From: Candidatus Fimenecus sp.
GTDB lineage: Bacteria; Bacillota; Clostridia; Oscillospirales; Acutalibacteraceae
Assembly (NCBI GenBank): GCA_045593555.1
Contig: JAZNWU010000027.1
Coordinates: 8,234 to 72,233 of the forward strand
Direction of reading: 5' to 3'
DNA length: 64,000 bases
Both the position numbers and the translations under genes were made by a program. Each line of letters starts with the position of its first letter. Position 1 is the first letter of the stretch. Below are positions 28,916 through 37,796 of this stretch, one piece after another. Below the pieces are notes generated by a model, which ran no database searches, had not been told where the DNA came from, and saw nothing but the letters and a program-made list of their open reading frames with translations.

Positions 28916-30577
28916 ATGGAAGAAGTAACAAAGATTTCAAATTTTATTCACGACTTTATCGATGAAGATTTGGAAAATGGTGTTTACAACAAAGTACAGA
29001 CTCGTTTTCCGCCTGAGCCAAACGGTTATCTTCATATAGGTCACGCAAAGGCTATCTGTATTAACTTTGCTACAAGTAAAAAGTATAAGGGTGAATGTAA
29101 TCTTCGACTTGATGACACAAATCCACAAAAAGAAGATACAGAATATGTTGATGCTATCAAAGAAGATATTGAATGGCTTGGTTTCAAATGGAACAAATGT
29201 CTTTTCGCATCAAGTTATTTTGACTACATTTACGAATGTGCCGTAAAGCTTATTGAAAAAGGTCTTGCTTATGTTGATGACCTTACAGCAGACGAAATCA
29301 GAGAATACAGAGGTACTCTTACAGAGCCTGGTAAAAACAGTCCTTATAGAGAACGTTCAATTGAAGAAAATCTCGATTTGTTCAAGAGAATGACTGATGG
29401 TGAATTCCCTAATGGTGCAAGAGTTCTTCGTGCAAAAATTGATATGGCTGCTGCCAACATCAATATGCGTGACCCTGTAATTTACAGAATTGCACATGTT
29501 CCACATCATCAGACAGGCGACAAGTGGTGTGTATATCCAATGTATGACTTTGCTCATCCATTGTCAGATGCTAAAGAAGGTGTTACCCACTCTCTTTGCT
29601 CACTTGAATTTGAAAATCACAGACCTCTTTATGATTGGTTCTTAAGAGCACTTGATATCCCGATGCCACCAAGACAAATTGAGTTTGCCCGTCTTAACCT
29701 CAACTACTGCCTTACAAGTAAAAGAAAGTGCTTAGCACTTGTAAACGAAGGCATTGTTGATGGTTGGAATGACCCGAGAATGGCTACTCTCAGCGGTATG
29801 AGAAGACGCGGTTATCCTGCAGCAGCAATCCGTAATTTCTGTGAAAAAATCGGTGTTTCAAAAGCTTATTCAGTAGTTGACTATGGTCTTCTTGAATCAT
29901 GTGTCCGTGATGAACTTAATGCAAACGCTCCAAGAGCAATGGCAGTTCTTCGTCCTTTAAAGGTTGTTATCGATAACTATCCTGAGGGACAGACAGAAAC
30001 TCTTGATGTTGAAATTCATCCTGACCATCCTGAAATGGGTACTCGTAAGGTTACATTCGGCAAGACTCTTTATGTTGAGCAGGAAGACTTTATGATTGAA
30101 CCTGTAAAAAAATACTTCAGATTGTTCCCCGGTAATGAAGTTCGTCTTAAGAGTGCATATTTCGTTAAATGTGTTGGTTATGATACAGACGAAAACGGAA
30201 ATGTCACTTGTGTTCACTGTACTTATGACCCGGAAAGTCGTGGTGGCAACTCACCTGACGGCCGAAAGGTAAAAGGTACTTTACATTGGGTAAGCGAAGC
30301 AGATTCATTCAAGGCTGAAGTCAGACTTTACGACAGACTTTTCAATAAAGAAAATCCATCAGATGAATCAGCAGGTGCATTTACAGAAAATCTTAACCCT
30401 GAATCACTTGTTATCCTTAACGATTGCTTAATCGAAGGCGGACTTAAAGATGGTCTTAAAGTCGGTGACACATTCCAGTTTATGCGTCAGGGTTATTTCT
30501 GCGTAGATATTACCTCAACAGAAGATAAGGTTGTATTCAACAGAACAGTACAGCTCAATTCTTCTTGGGGAAAGTAA
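28916..30577 (+). CDS. glnS: Glutaminyl-tRNA synthetase
   Basis: 553 aa. [16 protein letters not shown] (HIGH), LTSKRK, C-terminal anticodon-binding barrels. Starts 2 nt after the gltX stop. Confidence 0.95.
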   Translation: MEEVTKISNFIHDFIDEDLENGVYNKVQTRFPPEPNGYLHIGHAKAICINFATSKKYKGECNLRLDDTNPQKEDTEYVDAIKEDIEWLGFKWNKCLFASSYFDYIYECAVKLIEKGLAYVDDLTADEIREYRGTLTEPGKNSPYRERSIEENLDLFKRMTDGEFPNGARVLRAKIDMAAANINMRDPVIYRIAHVPHHQTGDKWCVYPMYDFAHPLSDAKEGVTHSLCSLEFENHRPLYDWFLRALDIPMPPRQIEFARLNLNYCLTSKRKCLALVNEGIVDGWNDPRMATLSGMRRRGYPAAAIRNFCEKIGVSKAYSVVDYGLLESCVRDELNANAPRAMAVLRPLKVVIDNYPEGQTETLDVEIHPDHPEMGTRKVTFGKTLYVEQEDFMIEPVKKYFRLFPGNEVRLKSAYFVKCVGYDTDENGNVTCVHCTYDPESRGGNSPDGRKVKGTLHWVSEADSFKAEVRLYDRLFNKENPSDESAGAFTENLNPESLVILNDCLIEGGLKDGLKVGDTFQFMRQGYFCVDITSTEDKVVFNRTVQLNSSWGK

Positions 30578-30587
30578 GGTGAAAATT

Positions 30588-31319
30588 ATGAGCAAAACAA
30601 AATCTATTAAACAAAAAACAACAGGCTTTGATATTCTTTACAGAGTTGTTACCGCTGTTTTAGCAATTGCTATGTATCCTGCATTTTATTTTGCTAATCT
30701 CCTGACCATTGAAATTGCTCATACAAGCATTTCAAATCTCCTCGGTAACCTCGGTGGTCTTCTAAATGAAAATGCTACTCAGACAACCGGTGGTACTCTC
30801 CATACAACTTATGAATCAATTTCACTCAGCAAGTTACCACAGTTAATGGATACACTTTCAAGCTTTACAAATGAAGATTTTGACTTTAAAGTATCAATTC
30901 TTCAGAATGAACTTTATCGTCCTGTTATTGTAGCTGTCATATTCATTGCAATTGCCCTTGTACTCGGCCTTGTAATTCTTGGTTTTGCAATTTTCTCAAA
31001 CAAAATCAAGGTTATTACAGCACTTTCAGGTGCGGGTTTCCTTTGCACATTGGCATCATACATTTCATTCACAGGATTCTTTGCTGAAAAGCTTCTTTCA
31101 GGTGAAATTGAATTGTCAGAGCTTTTTAATATGGAAGGCATAATCGCATCAACAGTTATGAGCTTTCTTGGTGAAGTTATTGTATGCACTCTCGACGGTG
31201 CTTTCTATGCAGTAATGTTCTTGTTGCTTGGTATTTGTGTATGGTCAGTATCAGTAATGATTGTTAATGCAAGTGAAGAAAAAGAAAAACAGATGAAAGC
31301 AGCTGCAAAGAAAAAATAA
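30588..31319 (+). CDS. Hypothetical polytopic membrane protein
   Basis: 243 aa from ATG 30588 (AAGGTGA RBS). Several hydrophobic spans and a Lys-rich C-terminus. No recognisable family. Confidence 0.5.
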   Translation: MSKTKSIKQKTTGFDILYRVVTAVLAIAMYPAFYFANLLTIEIAHTSISNLLGNLGGLLNENATQTTGGTLHTTYESISLSKLPQLMDTLSSFTNEDFDFKVSILQNELYRPVIVAVIFIAIALVLGLVILGFAIFSNKIKVITALSGAGFLCTLASYISFTGFFAEKLLSGEIELSELFNMEGIIASTVMSFLGEVIVCTLDGAFYAVMFLLLGICVWSVSVMIVNASEEKEKQMKAAAKKK

Positions 31320-31350
31320 AATATTATATCAAAAAATAATATAACAAAAT

Positions 31351-31390
31351 AACCGACCGTTTGTTGTTACACAAGTTGGTCGGTTTTTAT
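31351..31390. terminator. Bidirectional intrinsic terminator
   Basis: AACCGACC ... GGTCGGTT stem followed by TTTTATTTT. Lies between convergent genes. Confidence 0.7.
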
Positions 31391-31406
31391 TTTGCAAATC
31401 ATAGTT

Positions 31407-31447
31407 TGTCGAACAGATTTTGTAGGGGCTGGCGTCCCCGACAGCCC
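31407..31447. repeat. GC-rich REP-like element (TGTAGGGGC...GTCCCCGACAGCCC)
   Basis: Nested complementarity: TGTCG/CGACA, GGGCTG/CAGCCC, GGGG/CCCC. A sharp GC island in an AT-rich spacer. Confidence 0.45.
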
Positions 31448-31491
31448 GTTGTTGTTTTGTCTGTTTAATTTTACATTATATTTTTGTCTTA

Positions 31492-32184
31492 TTATTTGAC
31501 ATTTTTAAGTTCTGAAACACTATCAAATTCATATTTATGTTCATATACTGATATGCTTATCGGCTTATCCTCACTATCAAAAACTGTTTTAGGAACAAAC
31601 ATAAGCACCTGAAATTCTGCAAAGGATGTATCCTTTAAAGGTTCTAAAATTACAGAACCATTATAAGATTGATACTTTTGGCATTCTTTTCCTTTCTCAT
31701 CAATATAGGTTGCATTTTCAATCCATAGAATACCAGAATCATATATATATCCATTATCAAAATTTATTTCAAAATCGCTTGCTTGTATGGATATGTTGGA
31801 TTTGCCTATATTTTCAATAGTGCCTGCAATAGATATACACTCATTTCCATAAGTTTCATAGTTTTCTAATCTTTCTCCATTATAAAACTCAATTGAAGAT
31901 ATTGAAAATTTATATGTTTCATTATATGCGGTATATGTTTCGCCTATTTCTGCTTTTATGATTTGATTTTCTGGTAAATTGGAATCCAACGAAACGAATC
32001 CCATAAGAGTTAGAACTACAAAAATTGCAACAACAATAAGAAGTGTTTTAATCCTTTTTTTGGTGTTTCTCGCACCGCATGAGGGACATTTTTTTGCATT
32101 TTTAGCCATTGGCATTCCACAAGTCTTACAGTTTGTCATTTTTTTGTTCATTGTTGTGGTTTGTGTGGTTTGATTAGTTTCCAT
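31492..32184 (-). CDS. Zinc-ribbon / single-TM / extracellular beta-rich domain protein (DUF4352-like)
   Basis: 230 aa from ATG 32184 (GGAGGAAAG RBS). CKTCGMPMAKNAKKCPSCG zinc ribbon, then TM LLIVVAIFVVLTLMGFV. Confidence 0.6.
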   Translation of the reverse strand: METNQTTQTTTMNKKMTNCKTCGMPMAKNAKKCPSCGARNTKKRIKTLLIVVAIFVVLTLMGFVSLDSNLPENQIIKAEIGETYTAYNETYKFSISSIEFYNGERLENYETYGNECISIAGTIENIGKSNISIQASDFEINFDNGYIYDSGILWIENATYIDEKGKECQKYQSYNGSVILEPLKDTSFAEFQVLMFVPKTVFDSEDKPISISVYEHKYEFDSVSELKNVK

Positions 32185-32198
32185 TATCTTTCCTCCAT

Positions 32199-32237
32199 AA
32201 AATAAAAAAGTGTGTACAAACCGAAGAATGTACACAC
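32199..32237 (-). terminator. Intrinsic terminator/attenuator hairpin immediately upstream of the zinc-ribbon gene RBS
   Basis: Perfect 9-bp stem GTGTGTACA/TGTACACAC with a 10-nt loop, followed on the minus strand by TTTTTTATTTTAT then GGAGGAAAG and ATG. Confidence 0.6.
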
Positions 32238-32260
32238 GAAAAACCAAACTTCGATTTGCT

Positions 32261-32379
32261 ACCACACAAAAACTTTACATAACCACTATAGAAATAGGGA
32301 TGCAAAATAGGAAGTTTGCGTTTTTACCTAAAAATAAAAATGCCCACTTCTATAGTAGTTTATTCAGTTTTTGTGTGGT
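32261..32379. repeat. 119-nt imperfect inverted repeat (long hairpin or MITE-like)
   Basis: 14-nt perfect termini ACCACACAAAAACT / AGTTTTTGTGTGGT, plus inner CACTATAGAA / TTCTATAGTA pairing. Confidence 0.5.
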
Positions 32380-32385
32380 AATTTT

Positions 32386-32414
32386 AGTTTATCATTATTT
32401 TCAGGAGAAGTCAA
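32386..32414 (-). promoter_or_regulatory. SigmaA-type promoter candidate driving the structured leader
   Basis: Minus strand reads TTGACT, 17 nt, TAAACT. The predicted start falls at the 5' arm of the 119-nt hairpin. Confidence 0.4.
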
Positions 32415-32563
32415 TAATAGCGTTGAGATTCTTCGCCTATGCTCAAAATGACTGATATCTTTGGCTTTGTGATTTTATTGTGACGTGTAGCCATCCGCCC
32501 TGCCATTTCACACCATATTGGCTTGTTGCTTACCAAGATAAGTTATAATTTGTAAGTAAAACT

Positions 32564-32597
32564 AAAGGGAAGGACATTTTTGCGTATCCTTCCCTTT
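32564..32597. terminator. Terminator downstream of prfB (hairpin with T-runs on both strands)
   Basis: 11-bp stem AAAGGGAAGGA/TCCTTCCCTTT. Seven Ts follow on the plus strand and AGTTTTAC on the minus strand. Confidence 0.6.
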
Positions 32598-32612
32598 TTT
32601 TACATATATCTT

Positions 32613-33734
32613 TTAATTATTTTCAAGATTTTTCTGTGACTGCATTTTAAGATATGCATTAATAAATCCGTCAAGGTCGCCATCCATAACTGCATTGATA
32701 TTACCATTTTCAAAAGATGTTCTGTGGTCTTTTGCAAGTGTATATGGCATAAACACATAAGAACGAATCTGGCTACCCCAGGCAATTTCCTTGTGGTCAC
32801 CCTTAATATCTTCAATCTTTGCAAGGTGTTCACGCTCTTTAATCTCAATAAGCTTTGATTTAAGCATTGTCATTGCAACTTCCCTATTCTGATGCTGGCT
32901 TCTCTCAACCTGGCAAGAAACAACAATGCCTGTTGGCTTATGAGTAAGACGAACAGCAGATGAAGTCTTGTTAACCTTTTGTCCACCTGCACCACTTGCA
33001 CGATAAACAGCCATTTCAATATCATCAGGGTTAATGTCAACATTTGTATCCTCATCAATTTCAGGCATTACTTCAAGAGAAGCAAATGATGTATGGCGTC
33101 TGCCAGATGCGTCAAATGGGGAAACACGGACAAGTCGGTGAATACCTGCCTCACTTTTCATAAAACCATAAGCATTTTCACCTTCAATAAGAATACAAGC
33201 AGATTTGAGGCCTGCTTCGTCACCATCAAGGTAGTCAAGAGTTGAGACCTTGTATCCGTGGCGTTCACCCCAACGGTTATACATTCTGAAAAGCATCTGT
33301 GCCCAGTCCTGAGCCTCTGTACCACCTGCACCTGCATGGAATGTAAGAATCGCATTTTTAGAGTCGTATTCACCTGTAAGAAGTGTTGCAAGAGTCTGTG
33401 AATCAAGGTCTTTTTCAAATTTATCAACACCCTGTGTACACTCTTCAACAAGACTTTCGTCTTCCTCTTCGTCAGCAAGCTCAATCATAACAAGGGCATC
33501 CTCATAATCCGATTTAAGTCTTTCATAAGAAGAAACTTTATTTTTTAACACACTTGTACGCTGAAGCACTTTCTGTGAGTTCTGAATATCATCCCAGAAG
33601 CCTTCTTGTGCTTGTTGTTCTTCAAGTGATGCAATTTCATTTTTCATTTTTTCAAGACCTAATGCATCTGCAAGGTTAGAAAGCTCTTCCTCGTGAGCTA
33701 TGAGTCTTAATTTCAATTCTTCAAACTGGAGCAT
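32613..33734 (-). CDS. prfB: Peptide chain release factor 2, uninterrupted ORF
   Basis: 373 aa. SPF tripeptide (VRVSPFD) and GGQ (ASGAGGQ). Full-length alignment by memory to bacterial RF2. Confidence 0.95.
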   Translation of the reverse strand: MLQFEELKLRLIAHEEELSNLADALGLEKMKNEIASLEEQQAQEGFWDDIQNSQKVLQRTSVLKNKVSSYERLKSDYEDALVMIELADEEEDESLVEECTQGVDKFEKDLDSQTLATLLTGEYDSKNAILTFHAGAGGTEAQDWAQMLFRMYNRWGERHGYKVSTLDYLDGDEAGLKSACILIEGENAYGFMKSEAGIHRLVRVSPFDASGRRHTSFASLEVMPEIDEDTNVDINPDDIEMAVYRASGAGGQKVNKTSSAVRLTHKPTGIVVSCQVERSQHQNREVAMTMLKSKLIEIKEREHLAKIEDIKGDHKEIAWGSQIRSYVFMPYTLAKDHRTSFENGNINAVMDGDLDGFINAYLKMQSQKNLENN

Positions 33735-33902
33735 AAATAATCCTCTCTTATATGTTTATTGCTTTTATAATATATTTTTGTCACTTGTCCGTTTATAAAA
33801 CATAAAATGTATTAAGACAACCGTGTTTTGGTCGATATCAGGTAAGCATTGCTTTTCAAAACAGCCCATATCGACAACGGATTGAATATAGATTAATTTG
33901 CA

Positions 33903-34742
33903 CTATTGTGTTGAGGTTTCCTCTTTTGCAGTAGTGCTTTCTGTTGTACTTGTTGATTCTGTTGAAGGGTCAGTCGCACTTGTTTCGGGTGCTGCTGTAG
34001 TAGATTCTGTTGTACTTTCAATATCATCAAGCACATTCACATCTTCAATTTTATTATTACCATTATACACTGTTGTAGCTGTTTCAGGTGCTGTTGTGTT
34101 CTGAATTGCAGAGATAAAGAGATTTTCTTCATTCTCTCTTAATGTAATTCTGATATATTTATCAGGAGTCGGGGCTACCATTTCACCATTTTCACCCTGT
34201 TCCCAAGCATTACCTGAAAGACAAGCAACTGTCAACACAACTGTATCAGTTGTCTTTGAAATGTCAACAACATCAGGAGTATAAATAGGTGTAACACCTG
34301 TCAAAGGAACCGTATATGTTTCAGAGGTGTTATCATAAGCAAAATCGATACCATATCCTTCAATCGTACCGTGAACAGGAGTAACCTCTGTGCCAAAAAG
34401 CTCAACAAATTCTTCCTCAACGGCAGATTTCGGAATAGAAAGTCCACTATCATTACTCTCAAATGAATCAGGTGCCACATCGTTTTTAAGAAGTGACCAG
34501 ATAGAAATTTCCATAAGCTGACTCATATCCGCCTTTGTAATATCGTCAAAGCTGTCAGGGTCAATAAGCACAACAGGAGTAAGGAATTTTTCATACTCCT
34601 CATAATGTCTTGATTTGTCTATTGCTGTGTCAATGCCTTTAACACCTGCAACAACAACAGTTGCAAAACCAATTGCAGCAAGTAACACCACAATCAAACC
34701 TACCGGAAATGCCCATTTCTGTTTTTTATTGTTATTTGACAT
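33903..34742 (-). CDS. Membrane-anchored hypothetical protein with Thr/Ser/Glu-rich C-terminal tail
   Basis: 279 aa from ATG 34742 (AGGTGA RBS); GTG 34751 is an alternative start. TM FPVGLIVVLLAAIGFATVVVA. Tail ESTTESTTAAPETSATDPSTESTSTTESTT. Confidence 0.5.
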   Translation of the reverse strand: MSNNNKKQKWAFPVGLIVVLLAAIGFATVVVAGVKGIDTAIDKSRHYEEYEKFLTPVVLIDPDSFDDITKADMSQLMEISIWSLLKNDVAPDSFESNDSGLSIPKSAVEEEFVELFGTEVTPVHGTIEGYGIDFAYDNTSETYTVPLTGVTPIYTPDVVDISKTTDTVVLTVACLSGNAWEQGENGEMVAPTPDKYIRITLRENEENLFISAIQNTTAPETATTVYNGNNKIEDVNVLDDIESTTESTTAAPETSATDPSTESTSTTESTTAKEETSTQ

Positions 34743-34747
34743 TAACT

Positions 34748-35986
34748 TCACCTTACCTGACCATTACCGTAAATTTTATATTTAAATGAATTTAACTGTT
34801 CAAGTCCCAAAGGTCCTCTTGCATGTAATTTCTGTGTTGAAATGCCGATTTCAGCACCAAAGCCAAATTCTCCACCATCAGTAAATCTTGTACTTGCATT
34901 ATGATAGACTGCTGAAGAATCCACACTATTCATAAATTTTTCAGCATTTTCATTGTTTTCTGTAATTATGCTTTCGCTGTGACCTGTGGAGTATCTTCTG
35001 ATATGCTCAACTGCTTCTTCAAGTGATGAAACGATTTTAACTGACATTTTATAGTCGAGATATTCCATTGCCCAATCCTCTTCTGTCGCTTTTTCTATAT
35101 CAGGACAAATTTCACAAGCAACTTCGTCACCATAAAGAATTACATTCTTTTCATCTAATTTGGCTTTTATTGCAATAAGAGCAAATTCAGCAATGTTTTT
35201 ATGAATCAAAAGACTTTCTGCAGTATTACAAACAGAAATTCTCTGTGTTTTTGCATTATATACAATTTCTGCAGCCATATCAATATCTGCAAATTCATCA
35301 ACATAAATATGACAATTTCCTGCACCTGTTTCGATTACAGGTACTGTTGAATTCTGTACAACTGCATTGATAAGGTTTGCACTTCCACGAGGAATCAACA
35401 CATCTACATATTCATTCATTCTCATAAGTGCAGTTGAACTCTCTCTTGATGTATCACGAACAAGCTCAATAATATCAGGATTAAACCCGACACTCTCAAC
35501 TGCATCTCTCATTATATCCATTATTGCAGAATTCGAGTTGAATGCCTCTTTACCACCACGAAGAATTGCAGTATTACCTGATTTTATACTGAGAGCAGCA
35601 GCATCACTTGTAACATTTGGTCGTGCCTCATAAATAATTCCGATTACACCAAGTGGAGAGCTTACTCTCTGGATTTTCAAGCCATTTGGTCTTTCTGTTT
35701 CCCAAAGAATTTTGCCAACTGGGTCTGGAAGTGATATAACATCCTCAACACCTTGTGCCATACCTTCAACTCTGTCAGCATTTAACATAAGTCTGTCAAG
35801 AAGTGCCTTTGACATACCATTATTCTTACCATTTTCAAGGTCAATTTCATTAGCTTTTACTATCTTATCGCAATTTTCACGAAGAGCATCTGCAATAGCC
35901 TTTAATATTCTGTTTTTTTCATCAGTAGTTGCAACTGAAAGCTGTACTGATGCATTTTTCACTCTTTTGCCGATTTCAGTAAGCAT
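34748..35986 (-). CDS. proA: Gamma-glutamyl phosphate reductase
   Basis: 412 aa, aldehyde-dehydrogenase fold with the catalytic Cys context ISVCNTAESLL. Follows proB by 3 nt. Confidence 0.95.
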   Translation of the reverse strand: MLTEIGKRVKNASVQLSVATTDEKNRILKAIADALRENCDKIVKANEIDLENGKNNGMSKALLDRLMLNADRVEGMAQGVEDVISLPDPVGKILWETERPNGLKIQRVSSPLGVIGIIYEARPNVTSDAAALSIKSGNTAILRGGKEAFNSNSAIMDIMRDAVESVGFNPDIIELVRDTSRESSTALMRMNEYVDVLIPRGSANLINAVVQNSTVPVIETGAGNCHIYVDEFADIDMAAEIVYNAKTQRISVCNTAESLLIHKNIAEFALIAIKAKLDEKNVILYGDEVACEICPDIEKATEEDWAMEYLDYKMSVKIVSSLEEAVEHIRRYSTGHSESIITENNENAEKFMNSVDSSAVYHNASTRFTDGGEFGFGAEIGISTQKLHARGPLGLEQLNSFKYKIYGNGQVR

Positions 35987-35989
35987 AGT

Positions 35990-36775
35990 TTATTTCCCCT
36001 TAAAGAATGTTCCAACCTGTTTTCCGTCAAGAGCCTTATAAATTTCAGTTGGATTTTCACCATTCATAACGATTGTATCGATTCCTGCCGCCATTGTAAT
36101 CTCTGCTGCATGAAGTTTTGTAACCATTCCGCCTGTGCCAAGATTTGAGCCCTTGCCGCCTGCGATTTTATATAAATCTTCATTAATTTCTGTTACAAGA
36201 GGAATAAGTTTTGCATCCTCATTTTCATTAGGATTTGAATCATAAAGACCATCAATATCAGAAAGAATAATAAGTGCATCTGCATTGATAAGTTTTGCCA
36301 CAATTGCAGAAAGTGAATCATTATCGCCATAAACAATTTCTTCAACTGCAACGCTGTCGTTTTCATTGATAACAGGAATTGCACCAAAGTCAAACAACTT
36401 ATTAAATGTATTTATAAGATTCTGTCTTCTCTCATCATTTTCAACGTCACTTTTTGTAATAAGCAACTGACCAACTGTATGACCATATTCACCGAAAAGT
36501 TTGTCATACATGAACATCAGTTCACATTGACCGATAGTAGCAGCAGCCTGCTTGCCGGCTGTATCGGCAGGTTTTTCCTTAAGACCTAATTTACCAACGC
36601 CAACACCGATTGCACCACTTGTTACAAGAGCTACCTCAATACCCGAGTTGACAACATCAGAAAGCACACTAACTAACTTGTGCATTCTTCTTATATTAGT
36701 TTTTCCTGTATTATATGTAAGAGTTGATGTACCAACCTTGACAACTATTCGCTTTACATCCTTTAAAACTGCCAT
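35990..36775 (-). CDS. proB: Glutamate 5-kinase (short form without PUA domain)
   Basis: 261 aa from ATG 36775. RIVVKVGTSTLT, amino-acid-kinase fold. Confidence 0.9.
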   Translation of the reverse strand: MAVLKDVKRIVVKVGTSTLTYNTGKTNIRRMHKLVSVLSDVVNSGIEVALVTSGAIGVGVGKLGLKEKPADTAGKQAAATIGQCELMFMYDKLFGEYGHTVGQLLITKSDVENDERRQNLINTFNKLFDFGAIPVINENDSVAVEEIVYGDNDSLSAIVAKLINADALIILSDIDGLYDSNPNENEDAKLIPLVTEINEDLYKIAGGKGSNLGTGGMVTKLHAAEITMAAGIDTIVMNGENPTEIYKALDGKQVGTFFKGK

Positions 36776-36805
36776 AATCCTACCTCGTAAAACTATAATC
36801 ATAAT

Positions 36806-36834
36806 ATTTTATCACATATTTTTCTCTTTAACAA
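36806..36834 (-). promoter_or_regulatory. SigmaA-type promoter candidate for proBA
   Basis: Minus strand reads TTGTTA, 17 nt, TAAAAT. Confidence 0.4.
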
Positions 36835-36922
36835 CTGTTTTATTGCATTTATATGAGTAACAAAAAAATTTTATCTTCATACAATGGTACTGTCAGTTGA
36901 TAATTTTATGGGAGGAATATAT

Positions 36923-37756
36923 ATGTCAGAAAACAAAAACTGTACACCCACTAAAATCAAAGAAGCTGTTTGCATTGACACAAACAGAGTTTATGACTCC
37001 TGTGCAGACAAAGATTGCCTTGAAGATTTACAGGTTTATTTCACAGGGTCAGCACAATGCATAATTGACAGAGCAACAAATGTCCGTTGTCGTGGTGCAG
37101 AAGTACTTAACGCCTTTATTGAGGTAGAAAAAGTGCCGTTTAACAGAGGTTATTATTCTGTTGATATTACTTATTATTTTAAGATTTTCCTTGATGTTTT
37201 CTCAGGTCACACCAATCCACCTTGTACCGTTGAAGGCCTTGCATCATTCTCTAAAAAATGCATTCTCTATGGTTCAGAGGGCAATGTAAAGGTATTTTCA
37301 TCCGAATTTGCTTGTAACGATGTTGATGAACAGCTTGATATGGTCAGCACAAATCCAAAGGCAAAAGTTCAGACTGTTGACCCGATTTGCCTTGATGCAA
37401 AACTCAGAGATGCAAATGAATGTAAGTCCTGTTATACCTGCTGTTGTTGTCAACCATCTCGACTTCCTCGTTGTGTTTGTCGTTGCTTTGATGGAGATTT
37501 TGACTGCTACGATAACGAGCCACAAAAGACCGTTACAGTTACTCTCGGTATTTTCACAATTGTTCAACTCGAAAGAGATGTACAAATGCTTATTCCTGCA
37601 TATGACTTCTGCATTCCAAGTAAAGAATGTGCCTGCGACAATGAAAATCCTTGTGACGCATTCAGAAGAATACAATTCCCTATTGACGAATTTTTTCCAC
37701 CAAAAGAAGGTTGCCTGAAAGATAGTTATCGACCATCTTGTGCTTGTGGTGACTAA
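36923..37756 (+). CDS. Cysteine-rich hypothetical protein (possible spore coat/exosporium component)
   Basis: 277 aa from ATG 36923 (GGGAGGAA RBS). 27 Cys by my count, including CKSCYTCCCCQPSRLPRCVCRCFDGDFDC. Monocistronic with its own terminator. Confidence 0.7.
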   Translation: MSENKNCTPTKIKEAVCIDTNRVYDSCADKDCLEDLQVYFTGSAQCIIDRATNVRCRGAEVLNAFIEVEKVPFNRGYYSVDITYYFKIFLDVFSGHTNPPCTVEGLASFSKKCILYGSEGNVKVFSSEFACNDVDEQLDMVSTNPKAKVQTVDPICLDAKLRDANECKSCYTCCCCQPSRLPRCVCRCFDGDFDCYDNEPQKTVTVTLGIFTIVQLERDVQMLIPAYDFCIPSKECACDNENPCDAFRRIQFPIDEFFPPKEGCLKDSYRPSCACGD

Positions 37757-37764
37757 AAAATAAA

Positions 37765-37783
37765 CCCCGTACACAGTACGGGG
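37765..37783. terminator. Bidirectional terminator shared by the Cys-rich gene and pnp
   Basis: CCCCGTA/TACGGGG stem with a 5-nt loop, A-run before and T-run after. Confidence 0.75.
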
Positions 37784-37796
37784 AATTTTTATTTAA

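Noticed and set aside
32210-32455. 81-aa plus-strand ORF in the prfB-downstream spacer
   Set aside because: It crosses the terminator hairpin and the 119-nt inverted repeat. It has no RBS, and the region is better explained as a structured non-coding leader.
33815-33885. Long imperfect hairpin (CCGT..GTCGATAT / ATATCGAC..ACGG) between the proBA-associated gene and prfB
   Set aside because: It is plausibly a terminator-like or REP-like structure, but the stem is interrupted and has no convincing U-tract. The evidence is too weak to annotate.
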